The notes under the pieces are model-generated. The model had not been told where the DNA came from. It made no database searches and was given only the letters and a program-made list of their open reading frames with translations. Position numbers and translations under genes: made by a program. A stretch of DNA of 64,000 nucleotides, taken from the NCBI GenBank assembly GCA_054600435.1, contig BAAIJX010000007.1:620001-684000 (forward strand), given 5' to 3'. The stretch comes from Neophaeotheca triangularis. Taxonomy: Eukaryota. Positions 1 through 11,923 of the stretch are shown piece by piece. The stretch's first letter is position 1. Each line of letters begins with the position of its first letter.

Positions 1-1458
1 ACGAAGATGATGACCTGGTTGAAGGTCAGGGAGTCGAGGAGCTCGTTGAGCTTGCGGTTCTTCTCAGCCTCGGTGAGCTTGATGTAGTATTGACGGAGGC
101 CGTCCAAAGACAGCTTAGCCTCGCTCTGCTCAAGCAGCTCGACTGGGTTTTGCATAAACTTCTTGCAGATCGGGATAGTTTCCTTGGAAAGCGTGGCAGA
201 AAACATCATGACCTGCTTGTGGGTGGGAGTCTTGCGGAAGATGTCCTGGACATCACGGCGCATGTCTGCAGCAGTGTTAGCATTGCAATGCTGGGGTAAC
301 AAACTTGTAAGGACTAACCAATCTGATCAAGCATCTTGTCGCATTCGTCGAGGACGAAAGTCTGGATGTTGCCGAGGCGCAGCTTGTTGTCGCGGACGAG
401 AGCATTCAAGCGACCTGGGGTGGCCACGACGATATGGGGGTAAGTGTCCTTGCTGGCCAGAGTGTCGATGTTCTCCTGGATCTGAGTGCCACCGTAGAAG
501 ACCGAAGTGCGGATGTTCGGCATGTACTTGGTGAAACGGTTGTACTCGTTCTTGATCTGAAAGGCGAGCTCACGAGTGTGACACATGACGAGAATGGAAG
601 CCTCGCCATCAGTCGGCTCGAGCTGTTGGAGGGTGGAGAGGACGAAGACCGCAGTCTTGCCGTAACCGGACTTGGCTTGGCAGAGAATGTCTTGACCGAG
701 GATAGCTTGAGGAATGCACTTCTGCTGGACTATGCGGTAAAGTTGTTAGAGTATGCTCGCGAAAACGGTAATCGAGTTAAAGGCGACCGGTTGAAGCGTC
801 CGTCCATCTATTGAGTCGCAAGCGCGCGAGTTCGAGTGCCAGAGGTTGCCCGCGTATCCCATCCTGCTCTTTACATCCTTTTCACAAAGAATACGTCCAG
901 CCTCCACTCCAAAACCTCCCACCCTTGCATCGTGTTCCCGCGAAATTATCGCAGACGCGCCGTCGATCTCAGGCAACCATCAATGATGCGACGGCGCGCC
1001 GAGCAGTAGGCAGGTCTCCCCGCGCCGCTCAGAAATTGAAGCTTGTCTGTACCGCAGTCGGCAAAACGGCACAGCGCATTGGCTTCGTACAATGATCGAT
1101 TGTCGGATGTACGCTTGGTTTCCCTCTTTCACTTTGGCTTGCGTGCTTGCTTGAGATGGACGAACGCTCCAGATCGCAAAGGAAGGGCACGCTTCTTTTA
1201 AGGAATGAACTGACCATCGGATGGATGCTCGAAACCGCAGTCGGTGATGGCCTTCAGAAGCTCAGCCTTGAGCAGGAAGTCGCGGAAAGTAGCCGAGTTG
1301 ATGCCGACGTATTTGGCAACGCCGCCAGCTGCGGCCTCGTCGCCCTTCTTAGTGGCCGCGGCTCCATTGGCAGCGGCGCCTCCGTTGGCGGCAGGGGTCT
1401 CGTTGGTGGTTTGGAGCTCCTCGTCAGAGTAGTCGATCAGGTCCTCTTCGGCAGACAT
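1..1458 (-). CDS. SUB2: ATP-dependent RNA helicase SUB2/UAP56 (DECD-box); 3' end runs off the window. Exons 1458-1215, 729-319, 265-<1
   Basis: [15 protein letters not shown]-terminus; spliced [63 protein letters not shown] introns 730-1214 and 266-318 with CTAAC branch points. Confidence 0.96.
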
Positions 1459-1849
1459 GGTGTTGGGTTGGGTGAAGTGAAGCTGAGAAGCTGAATGAAT
1501 TGGAGGAGCGCGAGAAAACCGGGCTGGTCGGCCGGTAGTACTTGGTACGGAGTGATGAAAAGGTGTGCGACCGTTGTCCTACAAAGCCGAGGGCGGATGA
1601 AGTGATGGGGGTGGTGTGTTTCGGAATGGTGGAGGATGGTGTAGGTGATGAAGTGCAGGCAGCGCAGGTCGCGATGTTGACGAACTTCCAGCTTCTGCGG
1701 GTTGCTAGCGCGAAGGCCCGCTGACTCAGATCACGCTAGTCAGAATTGGGAAAGAAACGCTTCGCTTTGTATTGATCGTTATGGCATTTGTCTTTCGGCA
1801 AAAGAAACAAGACAAATACCGCCCTACCCTCGGATCCCCAAATTCGACA

Positions 1850-2413
1850 ATGGGAAAGGAGGAGCAAAAAGGCCCCAAGGGCGTTCAAAATCTGCATCTT
1901 CACGCCCGAGTTTCCTACCTTCACCAAGCGTGTACCTATCTAGCAACGCAAACAAGTAATACCGATAAGCCCGGCTCTTTCAGTCAACCAATTCTCGAGG
2001 AAATCGAAATCCAGCTCCCACCAGAAGAACCAGGGAAGCACTTGTCCTCCGAGTCTGTAAAGGGTCAACTCTCAGTTACCGGCCTTCCATTGAGACTAAA
2101 TGCCCACCTCCGCTCAGTAGCCCAAAAGTCGCAGATTCGCTTGCACACCAACATCAAGCACACGATTTGTAAACGCTGCAACAACGCCCTGCTCGAAAAC
2201 ACAGGCAGCTGTACTAAACGGGTTGAGAACTTGTCCAGAGGTGGCAAGAAGCCCTGGGCTGATGTCCTGGTGGTGGAGTGCTTGAACTGTCATTGCGTGA
2301 AGAGATTTCCCATCGGCGCGAAAAGGCAGCCGAGGAAGGCAGAGCGGGCGAAGAAGGTTGTGGAAGGGATTGGCGGTGCTGATGCAGAAGGTGATGAGGC
2401 GGCCCTCGGATGA
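1850..2413 (+). CDS. RPR2: RNase P subunit Rpr2/Rpp21/SNM1 family protein
   Basis: HLHARVSYLHQA, VAQKSQIRLHTNIKHTICKRC...VVECLNC...KRFP (two CxxC zinc motifs). ATG at 1850; divergent from SUB2. Confidence 0.88.
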   Translation: MGKEEQKGPKGVQNLHLHARVSYLHQACTYLATQTSNTDKPGSFSQPILEEIEIQLPPEEPGKHLSSESVKGQLSVTGLPLRLNAHLRSVAQKSQIRLHTNIKHTICKRCNNALLENTGSCTKRVENLSRGGKKPWADVLVVECLNCHCVKRFPIGAKRQPRKAERAKKVVEGIGGADAEGDEAALG

Positions 2414-3478
2414 GATGAGGAATTTGATTATATGACTGCCACGACGAGTAGTACTCGACACGAGGCCAAGCAGGTACGACCTCCAGTCGGCCGGGTCGAC
2501 CAAAGATCCGCATCAAACCCGCAGCACGAGCTGAAGCCTGTTGCAAAAGTGTTCATCGACGCTACAACATTCCCTCGACGATGCGGCTGCCACATTTGGC
2601 TTACGGGACCTGCGCGCTGTCTTGGCGGCAATGATATCTTCCAGATCTGACCATTTTGAGAAAGCCTCGTCAACTCGAACAACATTCGCCCTGGGTCGGC
2701 CCACCAGGCCACGAGTTAATATGGATCTCTATTCGACTTTGGCCAGCGACTCGCAAAATCTCCCTTTCGCATAGCCAGCGAGCGGCTCAAATGCCTCCAC
2801 CCCGAACACTTCATGGCACAACAAAAGCAGAGACAGTGAGTCGAACCGCCTACACTCGGCTCGCACGGGAGGAGTTGGGTGCACCACCGATACATCATAA
2901 CGAACCCCGAGGGACTTGAGGAAGGAAGGGAAGACGAGAGCAGAGCCTAGGGAGACAGAGTCTAGAGAGTCGGGCCAGTAGCCTCCTCACGCTCATCTCT
3001 TTATCCATCATCACATCGATTTGCGATCAGACAGTCTGGAATATAGATCGCGGTGAGAAGGTAGCATACAACAGACCTGCCCATATGTCTACCTAATCAT
3101 CTATCCGTCGCGAAATCCAAAGACATTGCATCGCGCTCGATAAGCCGCGTCGCATAAAGCCGCGTAACGTCTGCATCCACCGAACAAATCCATCCAGCGC
3201 GTACCGTAACGGCAATTCCCCGGACCGACAAACCAAAAATATCCCGTCCGACCCCAATGCAAAAACAGCGCAAAGCAAGATGACACCAACACCACCATCA
3301 TCGTGATCAGAAATCTGAAGAGAGAGACAGAGCGCGGTGAAAACCAAAAAAGAAACAAGAAAACCAAAAACAGGCAGGTAGAGCGAACAGCATCCCAAAA
3401 CCCCCCCCCCCCCGAAAGCCACCTCGAACCCCATGACCCGAAAAGGCAAAACAGGCAAACCCAGCCCTAAAACGGACA

Positions 3479-3530
3479 AAGCGCCCAAACATCAGACAAA
3501 AGCGCCCAATCATCAGACAAGAGCACCCAC
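3479..3530. repeat. 21-bp tandem repeat, about 2.5 copies
   Basis: aagcgcccaaacatcagacaa / aagcgcccaatcatcagacaa / gagcacccac. Confidence 0.75.
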
Positions 3531-4578
3531 CATGCGACTACGACCAAACAGCCACCCAAGCGACGCGGAAAAAACCACGGCACGCCCGGTCTTGAGACCT
3601 CAGACCACTTCTCAGTCGGCTCGGCCGCCGCCAAGAATGTGCGACATTCTTGACAGTGGGTGAGTTGGCAGAAAGAGGAAACAAAACAGACAAAGAAGAA
3701 GACCTAAGAAGGAGGCGACCGGGATGGCAGGAGAGAGAATGGAGAGGGCAGAGAGAGAAAAAGAGAGAAAACATTGCTCCTTTCGTACAAAGTATTACCT
3801 CGCGACCAAGAAGAGGAGCTTTGAAAAACACCAACAAGGAGATGCCGCCGTTCCGCCATGGTGGACTCAAAAGACTTGAAATAAAACCCCTTCCCCTTCC
3901 CACCGATTTCGCGATCCTCTTCCCCTTCGCGCTGTTCACCATGTGCGAAACACCTTATCCAAGCCCCTTCTCTCTTTCCTCACAACCCGTTAAAAAAGAA
4001 ACTTTTTCTGATAAGCTAAGCGTGACAAGGGCGTTAATGCAAAAATGGTGAAAGTGACCGGGACACTTTTTCTGCTTCTCTCCTCTTTCTTCATTCCCTC
4101 TCTTCCTTCATCTTTCATTCATTCAATACGCCCAAGCAAGCAAACAAGCTCTCTCATTCTCTCGCAATCCATCCTCAAAATGACTCCAAAACCGAGAAAA
4201 AGGCAATCCGATGAGAAAAAGAACAAGAAAGATTCCCGAAAAGCAACCACCGACTCCCCGGCTAATTTCAAAGCTCGCTAAGATCGCTAGACAATTTTGG
4301 GAAAAAGAGTGGAAGGGTTCCGACTCGACTAGTGGCGGGCAAGCCACACTTCCAACTTCCCTAGGCACGGAACAATCTGGTCATGTGTCTCTGTTTCTGC
4401 TCTTTCTGAGGGTGACTTTTCAAAGTGTTTGCCCGCACTTGACTTGGTGGCCTTCAATGATGAAGCGATGTGCAGATCCTGCACGTCGTGGGGTTTGCAT
4501 GGCTGGTATAGCTGTAGGAGTGGTACCAGTGGTGTGAGCTCTCAATCGTAAGGTGAGTTCCAAAAGTGAGGAAGTTAC

Positions 4579-7570
4579 TCAGCCCAGGAGAACTGTGAAG
4601 ACGATGTTAGCTTCCATCCAGTGATAGGTGACCCAAGTGAAAAAGAAAAGGCAGAACTCACTCTCCCAACCCCAGTCCCACATGACGCCAACCCAATGCA
4701 AATGGCCCCGAACGGTATACGCTGCATCCATGGTGCCGGTAATATTGCTATTTTTGTTCGACCTGCCTCTCCTAGACCAATTCTGCTGGTCCTGCTGCTG
4801 CTGGCGACCAGAACCAACAGGACCACCGCCACCAATGCCGTTGTTGTTGCCTGGGAATTCGTCCGGCTCAACATAGCTAAAAACGACGCCGCCGCGCCCA
4901 GGGTCAGAGTCTTCAAAATCCGACCGGCTTCGCGACAGAGGCACGCCCCGTTGTCTCGAGGGCTGCAACTCGGAAGTTGCGACGAGTTTTCGCCGGGAGG
5001 AGGGTTGGGCTTCGTAGGCGTCGCGGCGCCGCCAAACTTCTTCTGTTACCGTCCAGCATTTCTCGACTATTCCGACGCGCATGCGTTGGCCCATAGCTTG
5101 CCAGCGCTCACGGACCCATTGCCGGTAGCCGGGGTCTAGGGCTTCGCAGCCTGCGACCAGCAGCGGGTAGATTTGGACAATCACGGTGCGAGAGACGAGA
5201 GGTACCGTGGCGAGGTAGATGAACACTTTTTGAGAAAGTTCTGCTGAGGGGAGGAAGGGGAGCTCGGGGACGGCTTGGTGGAGATGGAGGAGCGTAGCCC
5301 AGCGGTAGGCCTCGGCCGTTTGCAGCGCGTGTTGCACAGTGCATGTTGGATCTTCCGGGGGCTCGATGAATTCCGGCGGATCCCAAGCCTCGAGGGCGAG
5401 TTTGAGGTCGTTGGCCTGGGTGATAATGACGGGAGTGCTGCATTTGGAACGGCAGACTCGGCGGACGAGGTTTGCCACGCGGCCGATGAGTGGGAAGAGC
5501 GTGTTTGCGCAACCCATCAGTGGGTCCAGATGCGCATCGATCCCTACGCCAAAGTCGATGCCGAAGCCTGGCATGCTGTCGCCCATGACTACTTCTGGTG
5601 CGTCGTGGGAGAAGAGGAAAGTATTGTCGAAATCTTGAGACTCGTCGCTGTCGATGGACGTGAGGCGCGAAATGACATCCATGTAAACCCAAGCGTTGCA
5701 TAAAAACTTCAGCCTTGCCAGCTCCATCCCACGCAAAGGTCGACGTTGGTGATCCGCAATTGATCGTTTCACCAACACCTGCGCACCTTTGATATGGCTG
5801 TTGCCCGTAGCAGTGTGCAGATCCCAAGACTCGGCACGACTGAGGCAAAGTGCTGTGGCAATCGCCATGTGATCGGTCATGCTATTATCCCTGATACCCT
5901 CTTGAATGTAGCGTATACTTGCTTGCTTGTGCTCGTGGCCCCTGACACGAAGGCCTGGAACGTCCATGGACGAATGGAAAGCTGTCATGGCTGTGATGGC
6001 GTGTCTCAGGGCCGGCGACTGCTGGGCAAGAGGCCAAACAACGTTTCGCCAGGGGTTTTCGCTGGGACCGTCAAAGATGGACAAGATGCCGCAGGTCAGC
6101 CTGTCGAAGCGGAAAGTGAGCATCTCTTCACTGTCTTCGGGGAAGAAAGGCTGCCTGTATATGTAGTTGATAGGGCGATTGAATGGCCCCCCTTGGCTGT
6201 CAGGGCTCGCCGAGTCTTCCGACACCCTCGACATTCGATTGTATCGACCAGCCCACAAGGCTTGGGCTTCTTCGGCAGGACGCCCCGAAGACAACCTCCT
6301 GCGGTTGCGATCTTGATTGTGGTCTTGATGGCGATTTTGGTTGCGGTCGCGGTGCTGGCTCAGCAGCGCTGGGTCAACATCTACGGCTGAATTGTCATAG
6401 GGAGGCAGTGAGAAGATGTCGTCCATGTCATCGCCCCCCGGTGCTGGCGTATTCGAAAATGGCATCAACATCTCAGTCAGGGTAGGAGACAGGCCAGGTC
6501 GCGATGCGACGGTGGGTGGTAGTTGCCCAGGCATTGTGATGTCGAAGGGGGACAGCTCGTCCATCTGCGACAATGGGAAACTGAGATCTCCATCGTCATG
6601 GCCGTTGGGAGGTGGCGCTGGGTCTGCTTGCTCTTTAGGGGGTGAACCAGGCGTCGAATGACGCTCGCGGTCCGGTTCGGTGCGGCGACGAGAAGGAGCT
6701 GGTCTTTGTGGGAGCGAGATGGTGTTCTCGCGTTGTGGGCGCGAAGGGGGATCCTTGGGCGACGGCTTGTCGTCGCGCTGATGGCCATGCCCGGAGCGCT
6801 CGGTAGGTGGTTGAGCAGGGCGAGGGCGTGGTCGTGGTGCGCTGTCCGGTCGGCTTTCTCCCACACTGTTGGGGGAGGTAGCTTTGTTAGAGCTATTTGC
6901 GGGCGAAGGCTGACTTTGATGCGGCGGTGAAGCTGTTGCATCATCAGCGATCGTGTTCGAACGTTCGTCGCGCAGACTGCTACCTACCTCTCTTCTGCCT
7001 CGCCGGGGGAGGGCCATTGTTGACTTTGATATTCGTCTCCTCGAATGGACGCCATTTAAAGTCTTTCTTGTAGCCTCCACACTCGACGTTCCTCTTTGAG
7101 CATTGGGCGCACGAAGGCTTCTCCTCGCCGCATTTGAGACGTTTGGCCTTGCACGTCACGCAGCCTAGACGACGACAGTGTCAGTATACCGCATCTATAT
7201 CCTGTCGACGATGGACATTGCCAAGGGTATAACAACATCATGATCTTTTGCAAAAGGAAACAACAGAAGCCTGCTAATAAGATATGTCCATACCATTGCG
7301 ACTCTTGGATTGCTTGGGCTTGGCCACGCCGTCTACGACAGCAGCAGCGGAACCCTTTCTGCTCGTGGCCGGTTTCTTCGCACCGCTGGCGGCGCTGGGC
7401 TTACGGGCATGTTTGGCGGGAGGGAGAGGGGGTGCTGGAGGAGGCGGCGGGCCGTCCTTCCAGCTCGTAGTCGTCGCAGTGGCCGACTTGGAGGGCTCGC
7501 CGTTGCTGCTAGGCGGCGGGCTCGCTCTTAGGAAGACGGAGGGCGAAGGGATGGTGACGGCCTCCGCCAT
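4579..7570 (-). CDS. Zn(II)2Cys6 transcription factor with fungal-specific TF domain (Acr-2-like). Exons 7570-7294, 7164-6988, 6932-4662, 4592-4579
   Basis: Spliced KPKQSKSRNG/CVTCKAKRLKCGEEKPSCAQCSKRNVECGGYKKDFKWRPFEE binuclear cluster; DGPSENPWRNVVWPLA, YMDVISRL, DPLMGCA, TAEAYRWATLLHL. Introns 7165-7293, 6933-6987, 4593-4661. Confidence 0.9.
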
Positions 7571-8165
7571 GGGGGGCTCCGACGATTCGCGCCCACACCA
7601 CGCTCAGCCTTTGGCGTGGCGGGCGAGGCGGACTGAGGAGAAATCGAGCAAGCGAGCGACGGATCGAAGCAAGCAGATAGTCAAGTCAAGCGAGAGCGGG
7701 TGGGACGAGGTAGCGTCTGGGTAGTGGTATTGGCAACTGGATTTGCTTTTTTTTTTTTCCTGGCTCACACTTGCTAGGAGAAGGTGAGTACAAAGGGCGA
7801 GGCCAGAGTTTGCAGTTACCCGGGTAAGAGTATTGATGGGAGTAAAGGTGGGGGAGGCGAAGCGCTGCGGCTGTTGCGATAAGAGCTGCTGCTCTACTGG
7901 TTGTTGTGTTGGCGGTGGTGGTGGTAGGAGGGGGGAAGTAGCTTGAGCGAGCTGTCGTGGCCAGACAGGCAAGTAGTAAGTACAGTTTAGTAAGGTTAAG
8001 GTATGTAGCTGGTGCTACCGTGAATGATGATGATGATGATAATAGCAGTAATAATAATATAATAATAACAACGACGATACTGCAGGTATTAGTTGGCGGC
8101 GGCAGCCATGGTGGTGGGGGTGTTGGTAGTAGTAGTAGTAGTGCTGCTGCACCTTGCTGCACCTT

Positions 8166-8228
8166 GTAGTAGTAGTAGTGGTAGTGGTAGTGGTAGTAGT
8201 GGTAATAATGCCGTAGTGGTAGTAGTAG

Positions 8229-8263
<35 letters not shown>
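8166..8263. repeat. (TAG/TGG)n tract abutting a (CTA)n tract: inverted trinucleotide microsatellite
   Basis: ...ggtagtagtagt|actactactactact... centred at 8229/8230. Confidence 0.85.
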
Positions 8264-8832
8264 GTGGTTTTGGGTGGAGGAGGGACGAGGGTTCTCGAAT
8301 AATCGCCGGTGCTTGATATGGCGCTACTGCGAGGTCGAGCGGTATTTTCCCCAGCGCGTGGCCTAGCAGGTGCAAGTAGGTTTGGCAATAGCTCGTTCGT
8401 TAGGTAAGGCAGCGTATAGGATTAGTTAAGGTAACTTTGTAGCAAATGGATGGTAAAGTTAAGGTAGTAGTACCTAGGTGCTAGTAGTCTTGATAAGGGA
8501 AGGCAAAGCAGGGTAGGGCAGGGCAGGGCGTCAAGTCAGTAGTACTGTTTGTCCACGGGTACATTGGATGGTATTCCATGGCAATAATCATAATCATGAT
8601 CGAGCTGCCATGCAGGTGTACCTAGGTACGGTAGATGCGCCTGGCAAGGCATGAGTGACGGGATGAATCAACACCTTGATTTCTGGGTCAACGCGTGTGC
8701 CGTGAGCTACTATCGCACACACTACTACTGTTTAATCCACAAGCATACCCAACGTATCATCACCGTTATCGTCTGTGTATACCAGTCGGTATCTATCGTC
8801 GTCGATTATTGGTTCACCGACTCAAAGCTCGC

Positions 8833-8870
8833 CAACGACAACGACAACGACGACGACGACGACGACGACG
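8833..8870. repeat. (GAC/AAC)n microsatellite
   Basis: caacgacaacgacaacgacgacgacgacgacgacgacg. Confidence 0.8.
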
Positions 8871-11800
8871 CTTCTCCCCGGTGTTGCCGTCCGTCGGGTT
8901 GTGATGGTGTACTAGGTAGCAGTACTACTTACTACTGCTATCTCCCCTATCTCGCCGCCGCCATACCCACGTGGCCGTGACCGTCACCCCGTGACCGCTT
9001 CGTCTCGTCAGCCAGACCAGCCCGTAGCGAGCGTGCCCTGGCCATTTGTTGTTGTTATTCTTATTCTTCTTATTATTACCTACCCACCGCCACCGACCGA
9101 CCTACCCCTCCAGCCCAGACGCCTAGGAAAAGCTCGTGCCCGACTTCCCCGTCTCGCCCTCGTCAGGACAGGTCAGGCGGGCGTCCGCAATGTCCGCAAT
9201 CGGCAGCCATGTCGTGGTAATCGTGATCGCACCCCTCCGACAGTGGCCGACCGACAACGGGGTATGGTGGACGATGTCAGGGCAACATGTGGGGTGGAGA
9301 GAATGGAAGACTACTAGTAGTAATAAGCGTGCAAGTGTTTAATCATCAGGGCTAAGCGTATTGACGGATAGTCAGGTTACTTAGGCAAGGCAAGGCACTA
9401 CACTACTACTAGTATGTACCTTAGCTAACGTAGGCAGTACCTGGGTAGTACTTAATAGTAGGGGGCAGAGCGCGTGACAATAATCAAGCAATAGCCCCTG
9501 CTGTTCATCAATATTATTAGACCAGACTTGGATATTGACACCTACGACCACACTTCCACTCGAATTTCGAGGTTATAGCCATATACCCAGCTGTACTACC
9601 TAATTCCTACGAGGTAGTAGTAGTGGAGGGGGGTGGGCAGCCTCTGCGTAACCCGGAGTCGTAGTTTTCCCGTACAACAACGGCCATTAGTGAAGTGTCT
9701 GTCTACAAGGTATCGGAAAGAGCCCGTCCGAGATCTAAAACTACTGTAGGCTCGAGTCAAGAGCAAATCTCCACGGCCGTGCTGCCCATCTCCGGGGGGG
9801 CCCTTTGCTATCTCGCCATCTATCTCTATCTACCGCTCTATCTCGAGAATTACAATATAACCACAGAACTATGTGTAAATCAGTACCTACGAAGCAGTCC
9901 TAGCGAGCACAATCTCTCATTTTTCACCACCCTATCTCGCCATCTTCCCAGCAAACGGCGCCAACTCGGCGAGACAAACCCCCGCGCCGCAAGCGAACTT
10001 GCACTTGCAAACACCACCAAAAGAACCCACCCCAACCCAACACCGGAGAGCAACGGAAATGCGCCCGCCAACCTAAGTTAGGAGAACACAGCAACAAGGA
10101 GGAAACCAACTCAAAAACCCAGGCCACGCCAGCGTCGCAGTAGACTCATAGTAGTACTAGGAGGTAGGTAGCATGCAGCATGCGCCAACGCCACCTCAAA
10201 AGCCGCCCCGAAACAGGCGTCTGGCGGCAACAACAGCACCACGGTCCACGACGTTGCAATCATGGCGCAAGCGTGACGATTATTATTGATTGGGGTCCCG
10301 TCTCTTGCCCAGTTCCAGCTGGAACCCTACCGGTGCCCGCCCTAATATCCAACATTCAACGAAAACACATAAAAAAGTCGCCCTTATTACTACCCAGGTA
10401 CTGTAGAGGAGGTTCCTAGGTATACAGGTCAGCCTCGCGAATCCCCGGAAAACGTGCGCAGCCTCGTGATGCGACTGTGCTCGCTCATCACGGGCTCGGG
10501 ACCCAACGTATCCGCGCGTGACGATCCTCGTGACATGCCTTCGCCAAAGATGGCGAGCGCCAAAGAAGAAAACAAGGAGAGCCACAGAACCCGTTACTAC
10601 TACAACTTCCGCTCGCTCCCACCCCAGGATACAAGAATTCGAGACCCTTGACATTATTCTACACGAAGCCCAGGCTTCTCCAGTCCCGCGCCGATCCACC
10701 CAGTCCATGGGACACAACAACTATTACCTAAGACCCCAAACTTTTCCATGGGGGCAAAGGGACGGGAGAGGGGGAGGGAACGAACCCAAGAAACGAACAT
10801 CTGATTGTTCGAACCCTCTCATCAAAGTCTCCACCCGAGCCCTGCCTCTTCGCTCTTCTGGCGTTTTTATATAATAATAATAATACTCCAACTTTAACTA
10901 CCCACGATTCTCATTAACTAATAACCCCACGTCCCTCTTCCGTCGCTGTGACCGGGGTTCGGAAAAGTAGCTACCGTACCTATGTAGCATGGCAAAGGTC
11001 GCGACCTACGCGGGAATAATACAACTCATCCAAATGGTGCGTGCACTCGCTAAAGTCACTACTGTACTGTAACTACCTCAGTACTACCTACTACTACTGT
11101 CCGTCTGCTCATCTGTCCGTTCGTCCTGCATGCAGATCGTGATGGATTTCTCATTTTTCCTCTTTGGCCGGGAGGGGGGCATTTTGCGTGATCACCGCTA
11201 CGCTACCTAGTGCCGCCTCTAGTCCTGTAGCTCGCCATGGCCCGGCCGATGCTAGCTACTGCGCCTGCACCACTACTCTAGCAACTGTAACGTGCCAACT
11301 GTTGGCCATATTGCTTGTTTTGCTTACTTGCGTGCTGTCTGGCTGGCTGGCTGGGGCTGCTTGAACGAGCCCGGGCTTGAATCAACAGCGAAGAAAAGCG
11401 TGCCTACATACGCAAGCAGCGACGGCGGCCGACGGGCGCGCGTCTTCGTGGCGTTGGGTGGCAGCTTTTCTCCAGTCGAATTAATTGATGCGGGCTTATT
11501 GCAGGCTTGCAGTGCGAGGGATCGTAATGATGATGATGGTGGTGGTGGTAGTGCGGAATCTGGGCGGAGTGAAAGCGGTACGGTAAAGTGATTCAGGGGC
11601 GTAGATGCGCATGCTGGGTTGCACACACACATTCTTGTGCGGGGATTATTTCCCACATGTGACGGGATGCCGTAAAATCCTTGATAATCCTTCCCGTCTT
11701 ACGACGCCAACGCCAACGCTATGCAAAGTTATCATGGTATATGGTATGATGAGATCAAGCGGTGGCTACAGAGATATCGAGCTTCGAAACCAACCGTTGA

Positions 11801-11923
11801 CATGCGACATGTTTCACTTACGAATTCATCGCAGTGTGAGGCGAGCGCCGCACGCGTAAAGTCTGCCTCCACCACCATTCTCATCTTTCTTTCAACAAAA
11901 GTACTTAGACGACGTTCATTCAG

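Noticed and set aside
2414..4578. Several 60-135-aa ORFs between Rpr2 and the Acr-2-like gene
   Set aside because: No recognisable motifs, mostly non-ATG starts and low-complexity purine runs; more likely UTR or intergenic sequence.
7686..8388. ORFs with poly-V/L/Y/T/S runs
   Set aside because: Translation artefacts of trinucleotide microsatellites.
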